DNA of 63,393 nucleotides, the filler included, from Basidioascus undulatus (lineage: Eukaryota): assembly GCA_000826855.1 (NCBI GenBank). It is 10 parts of 10 records of this genome, joined end to end, with 100 filler letters (N's around TTAATTAATTAA, not from the genome) between each part and the next. Parts side by side here need not be neighbours in the genome. Positions count along the whole stretch, not along the records: positions 1 to 6,281 come from JTLS01001771.1; positions 6,382 to 12,661 come from JTLS01001772.1; positions 12,762 to 19,025 come from JTLS01001774.1; 7 more parts are not named here. The stretch is one strand, 5' to 3'. Shown piece by piece: positions 1 to 12,800 of the stretch (position 1 is the first letter of the stretch; each line of letters starts with the position of its first letter). A model generated the notes under the pieces. That model saw only the letters and a program-made list of their open reading frames with translations. It made no database searches and was not told the origin of the DNA. Position numbers and translations under genes: made by a program.

Positions 1-117
1 GACGCGCGACCAGATGTAGGAGTGCTATACGTGGAATTGGATTCGGAATAAGCGCGCTAGCGGCCGGTCAAGTCCTACTCTCGGCCGTCAGAGCCGCACG
101 AACTCGCCGGGAACCAG

Positions 118-2838
118 GCAGGGAAGAAGGAGCAGCCGCGCCCCCTGAAGGTCTATGTGTATCACGGGAATAATAGGCGGAAGGACCCCGCCTTTCTCGC
201 GTCCTTCGACGTAGTCCTCACCGCGTTTTCTACCGTCGCGACAGAGTACGGGAAGCAGGAGACGTCGCGCGCACGCGCGGCCGGGGCGGCGGCGGGAGGG
301 GTGGCGGAAGAGGACAGCGATGATGGGATTTTGGAGGTGGATGGAGTGCCGGTGCCGGCGAAGCGGCGGAAGGGGAATGGGGTTGCGGAGGCGAAGACGG
401 AGGGAGGAGGGGTCGAGGTCAGCCCGCTGCAGTGCGTGGAATGGTTTAGGGTCGTGTTAGATGAGGCGCAGTGCGTTCTTCCTCCTCTCTACCTCGCCTT
501 GCGCCCAGGAAACGAAGGTACTGACGGGGTTGAGGGGGATACAGCTACATCAAGGTCCGTTTCTCTGCGGGTGGTGATGCGGCGGGAAGGAGGGGAGAAG
601 CTGATGTGGGTGAGGGAACGGGACAACAGGACGTCCAGACGCAGCAGTGCAAAGCGACTTGCGAGCTTGCGGCGCAGCGGAGGATCTGCTTGACTGGTGC
701 GTTAGTGCAGCTCGGGACGCAGAGCTGGTGCTGGTGCTGATGCATGCGCGTGCGTGGGATAGGTACACCTGTGCAGGTGCGATTTCTTTTTTCCCTTTGT
801 CGGTCGCGAAGGAGAGAGAGGACAGCCGAGGAGAAAGAGAAGGAAGGCTGATGGTCTTGGGATGGGATGACAGAACAAGCTCGACGACGTGTTTGCGCTG
901 ATCAAGTTCTTGCGGCTCCACCCGTTCGACGACCGCGCGACGTGGGCCGACTTTATCGGCACGCCGAGCAAGTTTGGGGAGCCGATTGGGGTGGCGCGTC
1001 TGCAGGTGCGTCGAGCCGAAGAAAGGACAGAAAGGAGGAAGCGGGAGAGGGAAGAGAACAAGATACTGACGTGGGGGGCGCTGGGTAATGGAACAGCTCA
1101 TCATGAAGCACCTGACGCTTCGGCGGACAAAGGACATGAAGACGAGCGATGGCAAGCCGATCGTCAGCCTCCCGCCGCGGTCGGACGAGCTCCGGATCCT
1201 TAAGTTTGACGAGCGCGAGCAGCGCCTGTACGACGAGCAGCACGGCCGGTCCAAGCAGACGTTTGTCGACCTCCAGCAGCAGGGCGCGGTCATGAAGGGG
1301 TACATCAACATCCTCCAGGTGCGTGTCGAGCGTTCTGCATCTAGTGGGAGAGGGGAAAGCCTGAGAGACATTGGGGATGGATGCGTGCAGGAAATCCTGC
1401 GTCTGCGACAGATCTGCGATCACTACCTCCTCGTCGACGAGGCGTGCCAACCGCTGGACAAGGGCGCGATCGAGGGCTCTCCCCGCGGGGCGGCGGAGGC
1501 CGCGTACGCGATCATGCGCGATGCGGGCATGGCGCAGTGCCTCGAGTGCGGCGTCGACCTCTCCTCCGCGTCTCTCCCGCAGCCCAAATCAGAAGCGGAC
1601 GAGTTGGCGTCCCTCTCCGCCGCCACCGCCGCATCCTCCTCCACCTCCGCATCCTCCACCCCCGCCAAGCGCGGCCGCAAACTCAAGTCCGCCGCGTCCT
1701 CCGCTGCGCCATCGCGCGCGTCCTCCCCCACCGGCTCCGGCTCGTCCTCCGCACCCGCGAGCCCCACCCCTATCCTCACAAAGTGCCAGCACCTCTACTG
1801 CGCGGCTTGCTTCCGCGCGAGTGTGTGCCCCACCTGGCCGAAGTTCTCGTCCGGCCGGCCGTGCGGGCAGTGTGGCGACGTCCTCACGAGCGCCGAGGAC
1901 GCGTTCGAGATCGGCGCGGACGACGCGGCGCCCAAGCGCGGCGGGCGCAGCAAGCCTAAGCAGACCCGCCCGAGAAGACACCTCATGCCTGGAGAGCACT
2001 CGACAAAGATCCGCGCGCTCCTGGTCGACCTCGTCGACTTCTCGAGGGCCAATCCGGCCAGCGTCAACTACGACGCGGATCGCGACATCGAGATCACCTC
2101 GGTTGGGGGGAAGGCAGACGAGCCGGTGAAGACTATTGTCTTGTGCGTTCCTTCTCATCCCCTTCCTCTGGCGCTGCCGTCCAAGATTCTGATAGAGATG
2201 GCACTGACTGTCGCGGCTGTCCGCACGTATCTGCCGCAGCTCCCAATGGACGACGATGCTCGACCTCATCGAGGATGCGCTCAACGAGTACGGCATCAAG
2301 TTTGGCCGGCTTGACGGGACGATGCGCCGGGAAGACCGCGCAAAGGCGATGGACGCGCTCAAGCGCGACCCGGCGTGCGAAGTCCTCCTCGTCTCGCTCC
2401 GCGCCGGCGGCGTCGGCCTGAATCTCACCGCTGCGTCACGGGTGTACCTTATGGGTGCGTTGCGTGACAGGCGCTGTTACGTTACCGCGCGGAGAAGCTG
2501 ATCGGCGCTTGTGGCACGGCAGATCCATACTGGAACCCGGCTGTCGAGAGCCAAGCGATCGACCGGACGCATCGTCTGTGCGTCTATCTCCCCGTTCTCA
2601 CCCTCGATCCTTGCCGCCGCGTGTACTGATGCTCTCCTATCTTCCCGTCTCCAGCGGTCAGACTCGCCCCGTGACGACCGTGAAGCTGATCATCGAGAAC
2701 TCGATCGAGCAGCGGATGCTCGAGGTGCAGAAGCGCAAGACGGAGCTCGCGAACCTCACGCTCAGCCAGGGGGCCCAGTCTAAGCGCGACATCTTCGAGC
2801 GCAGGATGGAGGAGCTCAAGATCCTCTTCGGGGGTTAG
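118..2838 (+). CDS. SNF2-family helicase with RING finger (Rad5/Rad16/Uls1-like), multi-exon, 5' truncated
   Basis: Spliced motifs VYVYHG, FDVVLTAFSTV, WFRVVLDEAHYIK, CLTGTPVQNKLDD, LRRTK, RING (CLEC...CQHLYCAAC...CGQC), [57 protein letters not shown]; stop TAG at 2836-2838. Confidence 0.93.
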
Positions 2839-5800
2839 AGGCTGCGCCGGATGCGGGGGGAGCCATAGACAGTTTTCTTCTACCTTCTTTCGACTACGGC
2901 GTTTCTTGTTGGCGTTTCGCTTATTCTTGATCCCGTTCCTGCTTACTTCGATTATTGAGATTTATGTTGTTGTGCTTGTGCTGTCCATCGCTTTTCTGAG
3001 GATAGGCATGCTTCGCCTCAACGGTAGGTGTCGCCGTTCAAGTCGATCATCATGACATCGTGGTGCGCAGGCAGTCCGACGATTCGCTCTGTCGGTACAG
3101 TGGCGCTCGTCTCGTACGGCGAGTGTGCAAGTGGGAAGGATGTTCAAGATGAAGCTGCGATTTCTCGACGGGAATTACATGCACATGCCTCCCTCGCCAT
3201 TGCCCACGGCCGCCTCGTCTAAGAGAGAACACCTTTCCCCGAGCCACGCTCTGGTGGTCGTTCGACTCCTCCAGACCAAGCTCGTCATTCCCCTCAGGCT
3301 TATCGAGAGCGTCTCAGTAAGCGTCACGTCAGGGAGATTGCAGAACGAAGCGAATGCACTGTTCAAGGCTTCCATGTCTTTCTTCCAGCCGAGCTCGACC
3401 GCCTCCAGGAAGAAGGGATAGGCGACAACTGGACGCGGGCATCTCCTACCTCACCCGAGAAGAAGCGCTTCTGGTCCGCCCTCTACCAGGCCGTCGCTTC
3501 TCGCCGGAAGAGACCGAGCAGCAGCCCGAGTCGAAGAAAAACATGGAAGCCGTGAATTGTGGGTTCCTCGTCCGCCATTTGACGTTCTCGCGCTGTGGCT
3601 GAACGTCGAGTTGTTCAAAGCGCTCCTCCATCTCAGTCAAGCGCATTTCCTGCTGGACGATTCACTCCGTCTGCCTGCCCCGGGCGTCCAGGATGTCCGG
3701 CCGTCACCGGGTCCGGCGCGCTGAACCCCTCGGGGAGCTCTCGAAGGCAAGCTTGAGCCCCATGGCGAGCTTCCCCACCAGCCTATGATCGACATCATAC
3801 CGCGGCAACGAGCTGGCGCATTGTTCATAGTGGCGGAAGAGGGCGACCTTCGGGGGCGGGGGACGTACTGAGGGTCCCGGGGAACGCAGCGCGAGAACGT
3901 GTTGGAAGTGCAAGTTCCCAGGCGATCGGGTCAGCAGAATACAGAGATAGTAGAGAATGCAAATGAGTTTTGAGAAGTCGTCGTTGTGAACGGAGAGCAA
4001 CGGTGGCCAGCGACACAACGGAACGTGGAGCCATTCAGCGTGGGCCCGCGGGTCAGGTGGGGAGAACGTCGCGACCATCCCCTTGCTTCGCTTGTTGGCG
4101 TTCAGATTCAATTTGGTGCGATCCGCATTCATCAGGAAGTGCCTGACTAATTAAGAAATAAAGGAGGGAAAAAAAAGGAGGGAGGGTGGGAATTCAAAAT
4201 TGCAACGGCGGATCTGTTTTATACTTTGAACAGCCTTCCGGGTGATCTTCGAAAGTTGCTGGGCACCGGCTGCGTTCGTCGGCCAAGCCACCGAGCGGAA
4301 AGCGCCGGCTCAAAGTCCGCCGTGGATCCTATGCTCCCTGCAGAAGCAGTGTATGTATTGGATAACAAAGTATTATATCTATAAACCACTTTCCAGCTGC
4401 CCTGTTTGCGTGGACTGCAGTATAATCGCCGTCCGTTAGGCCCTCGAGGGGAAAGTTATTCTGCGGGCGGCAGGCAGCGTGCTGGGTTGTACTCTGCTTA
4501 GCGGGGCTTCGGAAGTGGGCGGCTGTGTAAAGCATAAAGCATTTGTTTCTTTAAAATAATAACGCAAGGGAAGAGGGTTATGTATCCCAGCCACAGACAG
4601 AAACGAAGCTATGGACCCGCACTGAATCTCATTGCTCTTCTTCACCCGCACCGAGCATACCGTCTTCTCACTTCTCCCATGGCAGTCAATATTCGTGCCA
4701 AAAATCCCTTGATACCACAAATTTCCCTATGCCGTCACCAATAGCACCTACGCAGGCTTCCAGGACAACGGTCAACGGACATCCGCCCGCCCGCACCGGC
4801 GAGCTGACGCCGAACTATCGCTTGAGGACGCTGGAGGACGGGTCGTTTGGAGGGCAGTGGAGTGAAATACAACCAGAGCGGTCTATGCGTGGCCGACATT
4901 TGAACTCGTCGAGCGTTATGCGTGCACTTCAGAACTTACCGTACAGGTTGCGAGACTTGCACTTCAAACCCTCGCTCAACCCCCAGTCCCCCCTGGAGGG
5001 AAACGTTAGGCGATTTTCCTCACCCAACGCTTCCTTTCCACCCGGGGTGTAGAGTAGGAGGGCAGTCCGCCTACCAGCGGGACTGCACGCCAAAGTCAGT
5101 TGCAGTCTGCAGGCTGGGGAAGCCGCGAGGTATAGGGCCGCAACATTCTGAGGGCAGTCCGGTGTTGTAACCAGGACAGCTCAAAAATGATTCATAATCT
5201 CATCTCTACGTTCTGTAATCGGCACGTCTCCCGTCCACAACAAGAGAGGGAAAACGGCGAATAGCCACCGCTGAGGCTCGGGCCTGAAACCTCCGAGTCG
5301 ACCGGTCTTCCCTCTTATTCCCCGCCTGCGCCCAGCCTCTTCTAAAGAAACCTCGAAAGCATACCAAATTAAAGAAGCAGATCACACGGAAAGTCCTGCG
5401 AACCCATCTTTTACTGGACGCTCTGTCCGAGCGCAAAGTCGGAAGACCGAGCAGCTTGTCGAGCGTCAACCTGTATGTCCGACTCCGCTTCCTTCGCTCC
5501 ACTCCACTCCATCATGCATTCCCATCCTCTCCACGTCCTCGCTTTTCAGACCGGTCTCGCCCTCCCCTCCAAGGCCCAAGCGACTCGTCCATTACCCAAC
5601 TTGCGCCATCTCCGCCGCGCGCTTCGGAAACGATGAGCGCACGCATTTGATCGTCACTCATCGTCCCGAGGAGCTGAAACGCGACACACTCCTTTCTTCG
5701 CCCTTGCCTCGCTCCACTTCGCAGCTTGGCTCTGTCGGGGACTGTGCATTTGGAGTTGGCGGAAGTGGGAGCGGGTGTGTAAACACTCCGCCTGCGGGGG

Positions 5801-6281
5801 GCGCGGAGTGATTGAGGGGTTCGTCGTTGTGAACACTGTGCCTTGTGCCGTCTTGCTTTCTCGGTTGCGTCCGCTCACTCGGCTCCATTCTCTCACCATC
5901 CCATGGTCAAGTTTTTCATTGACGTCGATCCGTACACTCACTCCCGAGCAACCATGCCCCGCTCGTCGACCCGCCCCCAGCTCGCCTCATCCGAGCACTC
6001 GTCCTCCTCCAGCTCGGGCAGCTTAGGCTGGTTCTCCCGCCGCGGTCGCTCCCGCCCCTCGAGCGCTACGTCCGTCGGGTCTGCGTGTGCGTGGTGGGTC
6101 ACTGGCAAGCCTGGTCGGTGCGTGCTTTCCTTCCTTTCCTCCATCCTCCACTCAGCGCTCACGACCTCTCAACAGGCCCCCGCCCATTTCGCCTCTCCCC
6201 CTTGCCTCTCCTCCGCACCCAGCTCCCTCCGCACCCAACCCTTCTTCTCCGCCCCTCTCCCCCCCGTCCTCCCCACTCCCC

Positions 6282-6381
6282 NNNNNNNNNNNNNNNNNNN
6301 NNNNNNNNNNNNNNNNNNNNNNNNNTTAATTAATTAANNNNNNNNNNNNNNNNNNNNNNNNNNNNNNNNNNNNNNNNNNNN
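6282..6381. other. Artificial contig linker
   Basis: 44 N + TTAATTAATTAA (stops in all six frames) + 44 N. Confidence 0.98.
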
Positions 6382-7189
6382 GACCATCTGGAAGCGCATG
6401 CGGCGGTACACTAGCTCGAAGAGGTCTGCCGGCCTAGTCAGATTCCTTCTCCCATCCCAGGTGCAGAAACGAAAAATAAAAAGGAAAGGCCTGAATGACT
6501 TGTGCGGAACAAATTTGAGCAAATCCCCCACTTTTGCGAGCTTTAACCGCCCCAAACGCAGCCACTCCTGCGCATGTAGTGTGTTTTCCCGCTATTCAGT
6601 CATGCTCTTCTGGTGTTACGCCGGGGTGCGCCTAAATTTCAAGGCTCTCCTTTTCCATGTGTTAGGTATGGCTCTCGGAACTTCATACAAACTGGCCAAG
6701 TATTCAATCACCAAAGGGAGGCCTTCCTTGACCTCGCATTTAGTCTCTCTCGCCATAGCTTCAAACGCAATGCACAATGCTATCCAGAGACGCTGTCGGA
6801 CCAGTTCTGAGGGGGCGGCTTCCTACGTCCAGTTCCCGACCATTCCGCTCTCCACGTTGCTCGTCACACGGAGCACGCAGTCTCACACGGACGCAGTCTC
6901 ACACATAGCACGCGGTCAACGGTTTGACGAGGTGGTGCATTGAATTGCCTTGGTATGCCATTTTGCGCCAAGTGATGTACATCAAGTTATCAATATGTGC
7001 TCTATCCGGCTTCATGCCTTGTTTCATCAACATCGTTTGTATCCGCGTTTGTTCCCAAGCCCGCTGCGGCCTCACCTTAATCTTCAGCTTACATTCTCTC
7101 CACCATCCGTCCTTTGTCACCTCGTGAAAGTCACCAAAATTCAACATGTGTCCGAGCCCAACCTGGCAACGACTACTATCAAAGTCTCC

Positions 7190-7890
7190 CCACTGTTTTC
7201 AGCATGCACGGACCTAGCTCTCGCTCTTCAGACGGGACGCTATTCTTTCTCGATCGTTTGCTCCTTTCGGCGTGTTCCCCTGTCTTTCGATCCATGCTCA
7301 GTCTTCCTCGTCCTTCGCTTGACTCAAAACACCAACACTCCACGGCAGCAGCTGCATACCGCCTGCGACTCGGCCCTCCACGATACTGTTGATATCGATG
7401 AGGACACAAGCTCAACTAGAAACCTTCCTCGCTTTTCTTCGCCTTCTTCTGGAACTTCCCCCCTTGGACACACCGGATAAGATACAAGATGTCGGCAAAA
7501 TCGCCGGAAAGTATGACGCCCGGGGAGTGGTCCTTGTCCTACAGGGATTCAACTCAGCCTGGTGGTCTCGCACCCATTCATCGATGTCTATGCAATCGCC
7601 GGCAGACACGGATGGGAATAGGACCCAGTCCTGGCATCGTGCTATACCCTACACTACAACATTAACAAGCTCACAGTGGCGCAGGCGAACCTCATGCCGT
7701 CGAGCTATCTCTATCGCCTGGCACAGCTTCACTTCTCTCGCTATTCAAAAGCAGTCACCCTCGAAAAGTACAAGCTTGTCGAGCCGCAGGACAACACCCG
7801 CAGCTCACGATAAAGTCGACACCGCGACGTGGTGGACGGGCGTGAAGCAGCCAGTCATCAGCGACCTCAAGTTCCGGTTTTGACGCTCTG
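7190..7890 (+). pseudogene. BTB/POZ-domain protein pseudogene
   Basis: RSSDGTLFFLDRLLLSACSPVFRSMLSLP, then DTVDIDED, LETFLAFL...AGKYDA and VYAIAGRHGWE* lie in different frames with in-frame stops. Confidence 0.7.
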
Positions 7891-8394
7891 ACAGACAGTG
7901 ATGACGCTGTACAAGAGTCATGGTAAACGCTATGGAAGCAATCGAGAAATTGTGGGGCGAGCAACTGCCACGTTTCGTCTGAATCTGCGTTCACGTGCGT
8001 GTAAATTAGCTTGGGGGCTTCGAAGATTAACAATTAAGATCAATTATCATTTGTATGGGAGTGGTGGCAATGTGTAAGTGCAGGGATACAGTGACAACAA
8101 ATCAACGAGTCGGAGACTGCGAAGGCCAGCGCAGCCGAATAATGCGAGACCAATCCAACGAACCCGACCAACCTTCGTATACCTCTCATTCTTTCTTCTT
8201 CTCCTCCTGCACCACAACCCCATTCACAGGGGAGACCGACCCCGACCTTGACGCCGGCCCGTCCCGCCTCCGTCGCTTCACATCCCGCCTCAGCTTCCTT
8301 CGCAGCGCAGGGACGCCGAACTGGCACCATCTCCACACAGTCAACAGGGAGCGGGGGGTGGGGGAGGAGAGGGGGAGGAAGAGAGAAGACGGAC

Positions 8395-10328
8395 CTCGCC
8401 GGACGGCGCGACGCACACCCCAGTGCTCTGGGCCCGCCCACCCGCGCATCACGCCCTTGTCGAAGTAATCAAACATCCCATCGCCCTTCCCCACCTCCAC
8501 CATAGCCATGACGAGGTCCCTTTCATTCGGCGGGCGGCGGGGGTCGAACGTCTCCAAGCGGGTCAGAAGTGGTCCGTCCTCGCCGCCCTCGCCCTCTGCG
8601 CCGTCCTCCCCCTCGAACCCAGGCACACCGCCAAAGGCCGCGCCCGCACCCGCACCCGCATTGGCGGCAGACATCCAGAACGCGTCGTCCTCCCCGCCAG
8701 CGCCCCAGTCCGCCGCGGGCGAGTCAAAGAAGTCGCCAGCCTCCCCGCCCATGTCCCCGCCATCGTCGAACCCCCCCCAGTCGTCAAGCCCGCCGCCCCA
8801 GGAGCCGGAGGGCGACGGCGGCGCGCCGTCCGCCCCGCCATCGGAGCCGGATGCGTCGAAGGGGTTCGAGAAGTCTTGCTGCGCGGAAAGATCGGTGGAG
8901 AAGGTAAAGGAGGAGAGGGAGGGGCAGATGAGTTTGTCAGCGAGGATGTCGAGCGTCGGGAGGAACTTGGCTGTTCGCGATGGAGCACAAGGTCAGTCTC
9001 ATCTTCACATCTGGTCTCGAATCGAGCGGGAGCCACATACCCCTCAGCCCGCTAATATCGATCCTCGCGTCCTCCTCCTCCTTCTTCCCCCCTCCTTCCT
9101 CGTTCTCTCCCTCCTCCTCCTCCTCCTCCTCATCCTCATCCACCACGTCCCCCGAGTCAAACACGACGCGACCGGCGCGGTCGACGCCGAGGTGGTTCAT
9201 GAGCAGCCCGCCCGCGCCGCCCTCGTCGAAGTCGGCCGACGTCTTCTTGAACAGCGGGTCGACGGTGAACTCGAGGTCGAGCGATTTGGCGTGCAGGGGC
9301 GCGAAGTCGGGGAGGAGGGTGGAGGCGGAGCGGGGGGCCTGGATTGGGAGGATGGAGGGGAGGGAAGGGGGTGAGATGAGGACGTGGTGAGGGAAAGGAG
9401 GTTAGAGAGAGAAGGGAAACGCACACGGCGCCGCTTCGTCTCGCGCGGACAGTCCTCGTCCGCGTCCGAGCCGGCCTCGCGCTCTTCCTCCTGGTCCTGG
9501 GCGTCTCCTGCTCCGCGCACCAAATCCACGCGTCAGCACCTCAAATCCCAACTGCTCAAGGGTGGGCCAGAGAAGCCCATGCAACCACGCACCGCCCGCG
9601 GCCAGTCCGCTGATGAGCTTGCCCGCCTCGCTCGCAACGCTGTCGACGCGGCTCGTCCAGATCTTGACACACCCGTCGAGCGTGCAAGACGCCTTCTGGA
9701 AGTTGATCGAGTTGTCGGTGTCGGCGTTGCGGAGGAGGGACATGTCCGCGAAGTAGTCGATGAGGGCGAAGGACCACGTGTTGGCGGCGGTGATTTTCTA
9801 TTTCCATTCGACGACATTGGTCCCCGGGTGAGCGGTGATGGGGAGAGGCGGGTGGGCTGGAGAAAGGGGAGGGAGAACACGCACGTTGTCCGTAGCCAAC
9901 TTCATCCACTCCTCGAAGTTGCTCGCCATCACATCGATCGACACCGCCGGCGTCCCAGCAGGCGCATCCCTCGCGGGCGCGCTCACGCTCGCAAGGGGAT
10001 GCTTGCTGCTCAAGCTGGCGACGCGCCCGCCCGCGATGGTCTTGCGGCCCGCGGGCGCGTCGCCCTCGCTCTCGTCCAGCGCCCCCGGCGGCGGGTGGAA
10101 CGAGACGCGCCTGCGCCGCTTCTCCGCGGCGTCGTCGTCGCGGACGCGTGCGATGGGCGCCGCGAGAGGGAGGTAGGACTGCGCAAGCCCGCTCTTACGC
10201 GGCTTGGAGGCGCGCTTGGACGCGGCGGCGGGGCTCGAGTTAGCCGAGGAGGCGGACGAGTATGAGGCCGGGGAGGGCAGCACTTTTTTGGTGCGCCGTG
10301 GTCGGGGAGGAGTCGACACGTCCGGCAT
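8395..10328 (-). CDS. BRN1: Condensin kleisin subunit (Barren/CAP-H/Brn1), multi-exon; homology stops after WAGPEHW
   Basis: NFEEWMKLATDN, TWSFALIDYFADMSLLR, INFQKASCTLDGCVKIWTSRVDSV, DPLFKKTSADFDEGGAGGLLMNHL, YFD...WAGPEHW. Confidence 0.92.
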
Positions 10329-10594
10329 CGTGTGTGGACGTGAGGGTGATCGTCTGCGGTAGGATCTATATGGAAGACGGATTTGGCGGGGAAGGGGGAC
10401 ATTGCGGAGGGCTCGGTTGGATCAGCATCTCTGCTTGCCGGACGGGGTGTCCCATAAGATTGGGACTCACGAATCTGTACAAAATAAGGATCTTTGTTTA
10501 GGTATACGAACCTGCGGTTACGCTTCGAATTACTGACACGTAATAGAGAAAGCAGCGAGAGTGTGCGAGTGGGCGATTGTTGTCGACGAACAAG

Positions 10595-10628
10595 GCGCGT
10601 CAAGCCAGGCGCGTCGCGTCCACGCGTG
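10595..10628. promoter_or_regulatory. Candidate MCB-like (ACGCGT/CGCG) cluster upstream of BRN1
   Basis: ACGCGT at 10622-10627 plus several GCGCGT/TCGCGT within 35 nt, about 280 nt upstream of the ATG; chance is high in GC-rich DNA. Confidence 0.25.
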
Positions 10629-12053
10629 TCTCTCTTTCGGGCTCTCTGCCAAAATAGAGCAAAGATCTATATGGCGTTCGGCATCCAACGGTTCTTTAGC
10701 TCATCTGGGAGAGCGTCAGATTGAAGTCCTGAAGGTACCGTGTTCAATCCACGGAAGAACCATTTATATGTCCGTCGGGACTGTGGACTTTTTTGTTCTA
10801 GCCCACACTTTCCCAGTGGTACTTCGGATACTCCCCCAAGGATCCTCGAGGACTTACGCCCATCATGCCTGCGCTCGTCGGGGGAACAAACTTCGGCCTG
10901 AAGGGTCACTCGGCCCTGCCGGCGATCTTCATGAGTTCGTGAGTGCCTTCCGGATCTCCGTCGCTGGAAGTGGTCCATACTTAATGTTCCCATCTTGTTT
11001 CTAGGCTGCCTTTGGAGGTGCCCTTCCTATAGTCGTACGGTCATACGCGAGTTCGCTTGATACTGAACCGCTGGCCTTGCAGGTGTTCTGTACGGTAAGC
11101 TTGGTGTTGCCAAGTCTGGCTAATCAACGGATCGTTCAACTGAACTTCAATTCCATCAACAGGATACGAGTAAGTCCTTGTCTAGACGAATCCCACCTGT
11201 GACTGAGACTGACTTTCACATTTCCGCTTCACAGCACGGGTTCCATTTCGGGCATCGACACGATGTAGGGTTGGTATGACATTGTTGCATGTCCGGGAGT
11301 CTCGATTGTTGTCCTGACCACCGCCGACGACTGCATAGGCTTTGCGAATTTGGGACCAGACCTCCTGAATTGTACATTATCCTCCCTGCGGTGATTGTTT
11401 TGGGGGACTTGTTCCATCTACCAGCCGTATTTGGAGGGTTTCCCTCCTGGATGGTCTTTGAAGGATTTCCAGCGGGAGGAAGGGCAGGGAAACGACTGCA
11501 TTCCGAGTGTGCTCGGAGAATGTGCGATTCATGCGCATGTAGCTCAGTAAAGCTGCCCTAAAGCCTTACACATAAGCCCCGTTTTCGATCCTCTCATTTT
11601 GTCGTCTTAATGATGAAGGGCTGGAAGTACACCCAAGGTCCGTGCAGCTCGCAACTGGCACAGCTAAGCGATGTAGTGGGCTTTCAGACTACTTGCGTGA
11701 AGCAGAATACCCGGGATTGGCAGGGATTCGCTGGTACTAAGACACGCATTGCCTAAATTACGGCGGCTGGCTCTATGTAGCTGGCAGCAGCAGCAGCGCG
11801 CTCGGAGGAAAATATAGTAGGCGGCGCAGGAGGACGATGCGATGAGTAGGAAAGGGAAAGAAAACAGAAACGGTGCAATGCGATGGGCGATGGGTCTGGA
11901 CTGGGTGGGATGGGGGTGGGGATGGGATGGTGGATGTGATATGGTGTGGTGTGGTGTGCGTGGGATATGAACTGCTGAAATGTGGATGCAAGACCGGGAG
12001 AAAGAGACGAGAGGAAACAAGAGAAGGACATCACCGCGCAGCGCAGCGCCGCA

Positions 12054-12661
12054 TCACGGCCCCGCAGCGCCCACCGCCGCGTTCGTCGTCATCCAGTACG
12101 GATGTGGGTGCGGCTGCGCGTGGGCGGGGAGATGTCGTTGCGGTTGCGGCTGGGGATGCGGCTGAGGCTGTGGCTGTGGCTGGCCGTGATGGGCGTGGGC
12201 GTGGGCGTGAGCGTGCGGGTGGTAGCCGTTTGTCTGCGCCTGCGCCTGGGGAGGAGGGTACGGGAGGAGGTCGGGAGCAGCAGCAGCGGCGGGCTTGGAA
12301 TCGGGGCGGTAGAACGCGTGCGGTGGCCAGGGGTCGGCGGGTGCGGGTGCAGGTACCGGTGCGGGTGCCGGGGGTCTGCGAGGGAGTGAGGGAAGGAGGG
12401 TCAGCGATCTCGCTTCCGGGCTGGCTTATAATGAGCTGGAGCGAGAGCGCGTACTTCGGTGCGGGCTGGTGAGTGGGCAGGGAAGAGGACGGGGTAGCGG
12501 GCGGTTGCGCAAGCCACACAGCTTGTTGTTGTTGCTGCTGCTCCTCGCGCTGGCGCTGCTGCTGCTGCTGCGCGAGGACCTTGGGCGATGGGAAGAACGT
12601 CGTAGTGGGGGGGTGTTGTGGTGCGACGGCCGCAGCGGCGGAGGGAGGATGGGGAAGGGCG
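12054..12661 (-). CDS. 3' end of a Pro/Gln/His-rich low-complexity protein
   Basis: Two exons separated by a GTACGC...CTGAC...CAG intron; poly-Q, (HA)n and (QP)n; ends YWMTTNAAVGAAGP* at 12054. Confidence 0.6.
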
Positions 12662-12761
12662 NNNNNNNNNNNNNNNNNNNNNNNNNNNNNNNNNNNNNNN
12701 NNNNNTTAATTAATTAANNNNNNNNNNNNNNNNNNNNNNNNNNNNNNNNNNNNNNNNNNNN
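12662..12761. other. Artificial contig linker
   Basis: 44 N + TTAATTAATTAA + 44 N. Confidence 0.98.
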
Positions 12762-12800
12762 TTCTCGCCCTCCCCTCCCTCGCCGATACTGACCGCCCAG

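Noticed and set aside
2962..5650. Short ORFs downstream of the SNF2 gene
   Set aside because: No family motif or consistent exon chain could be supported; needs BLASTX.
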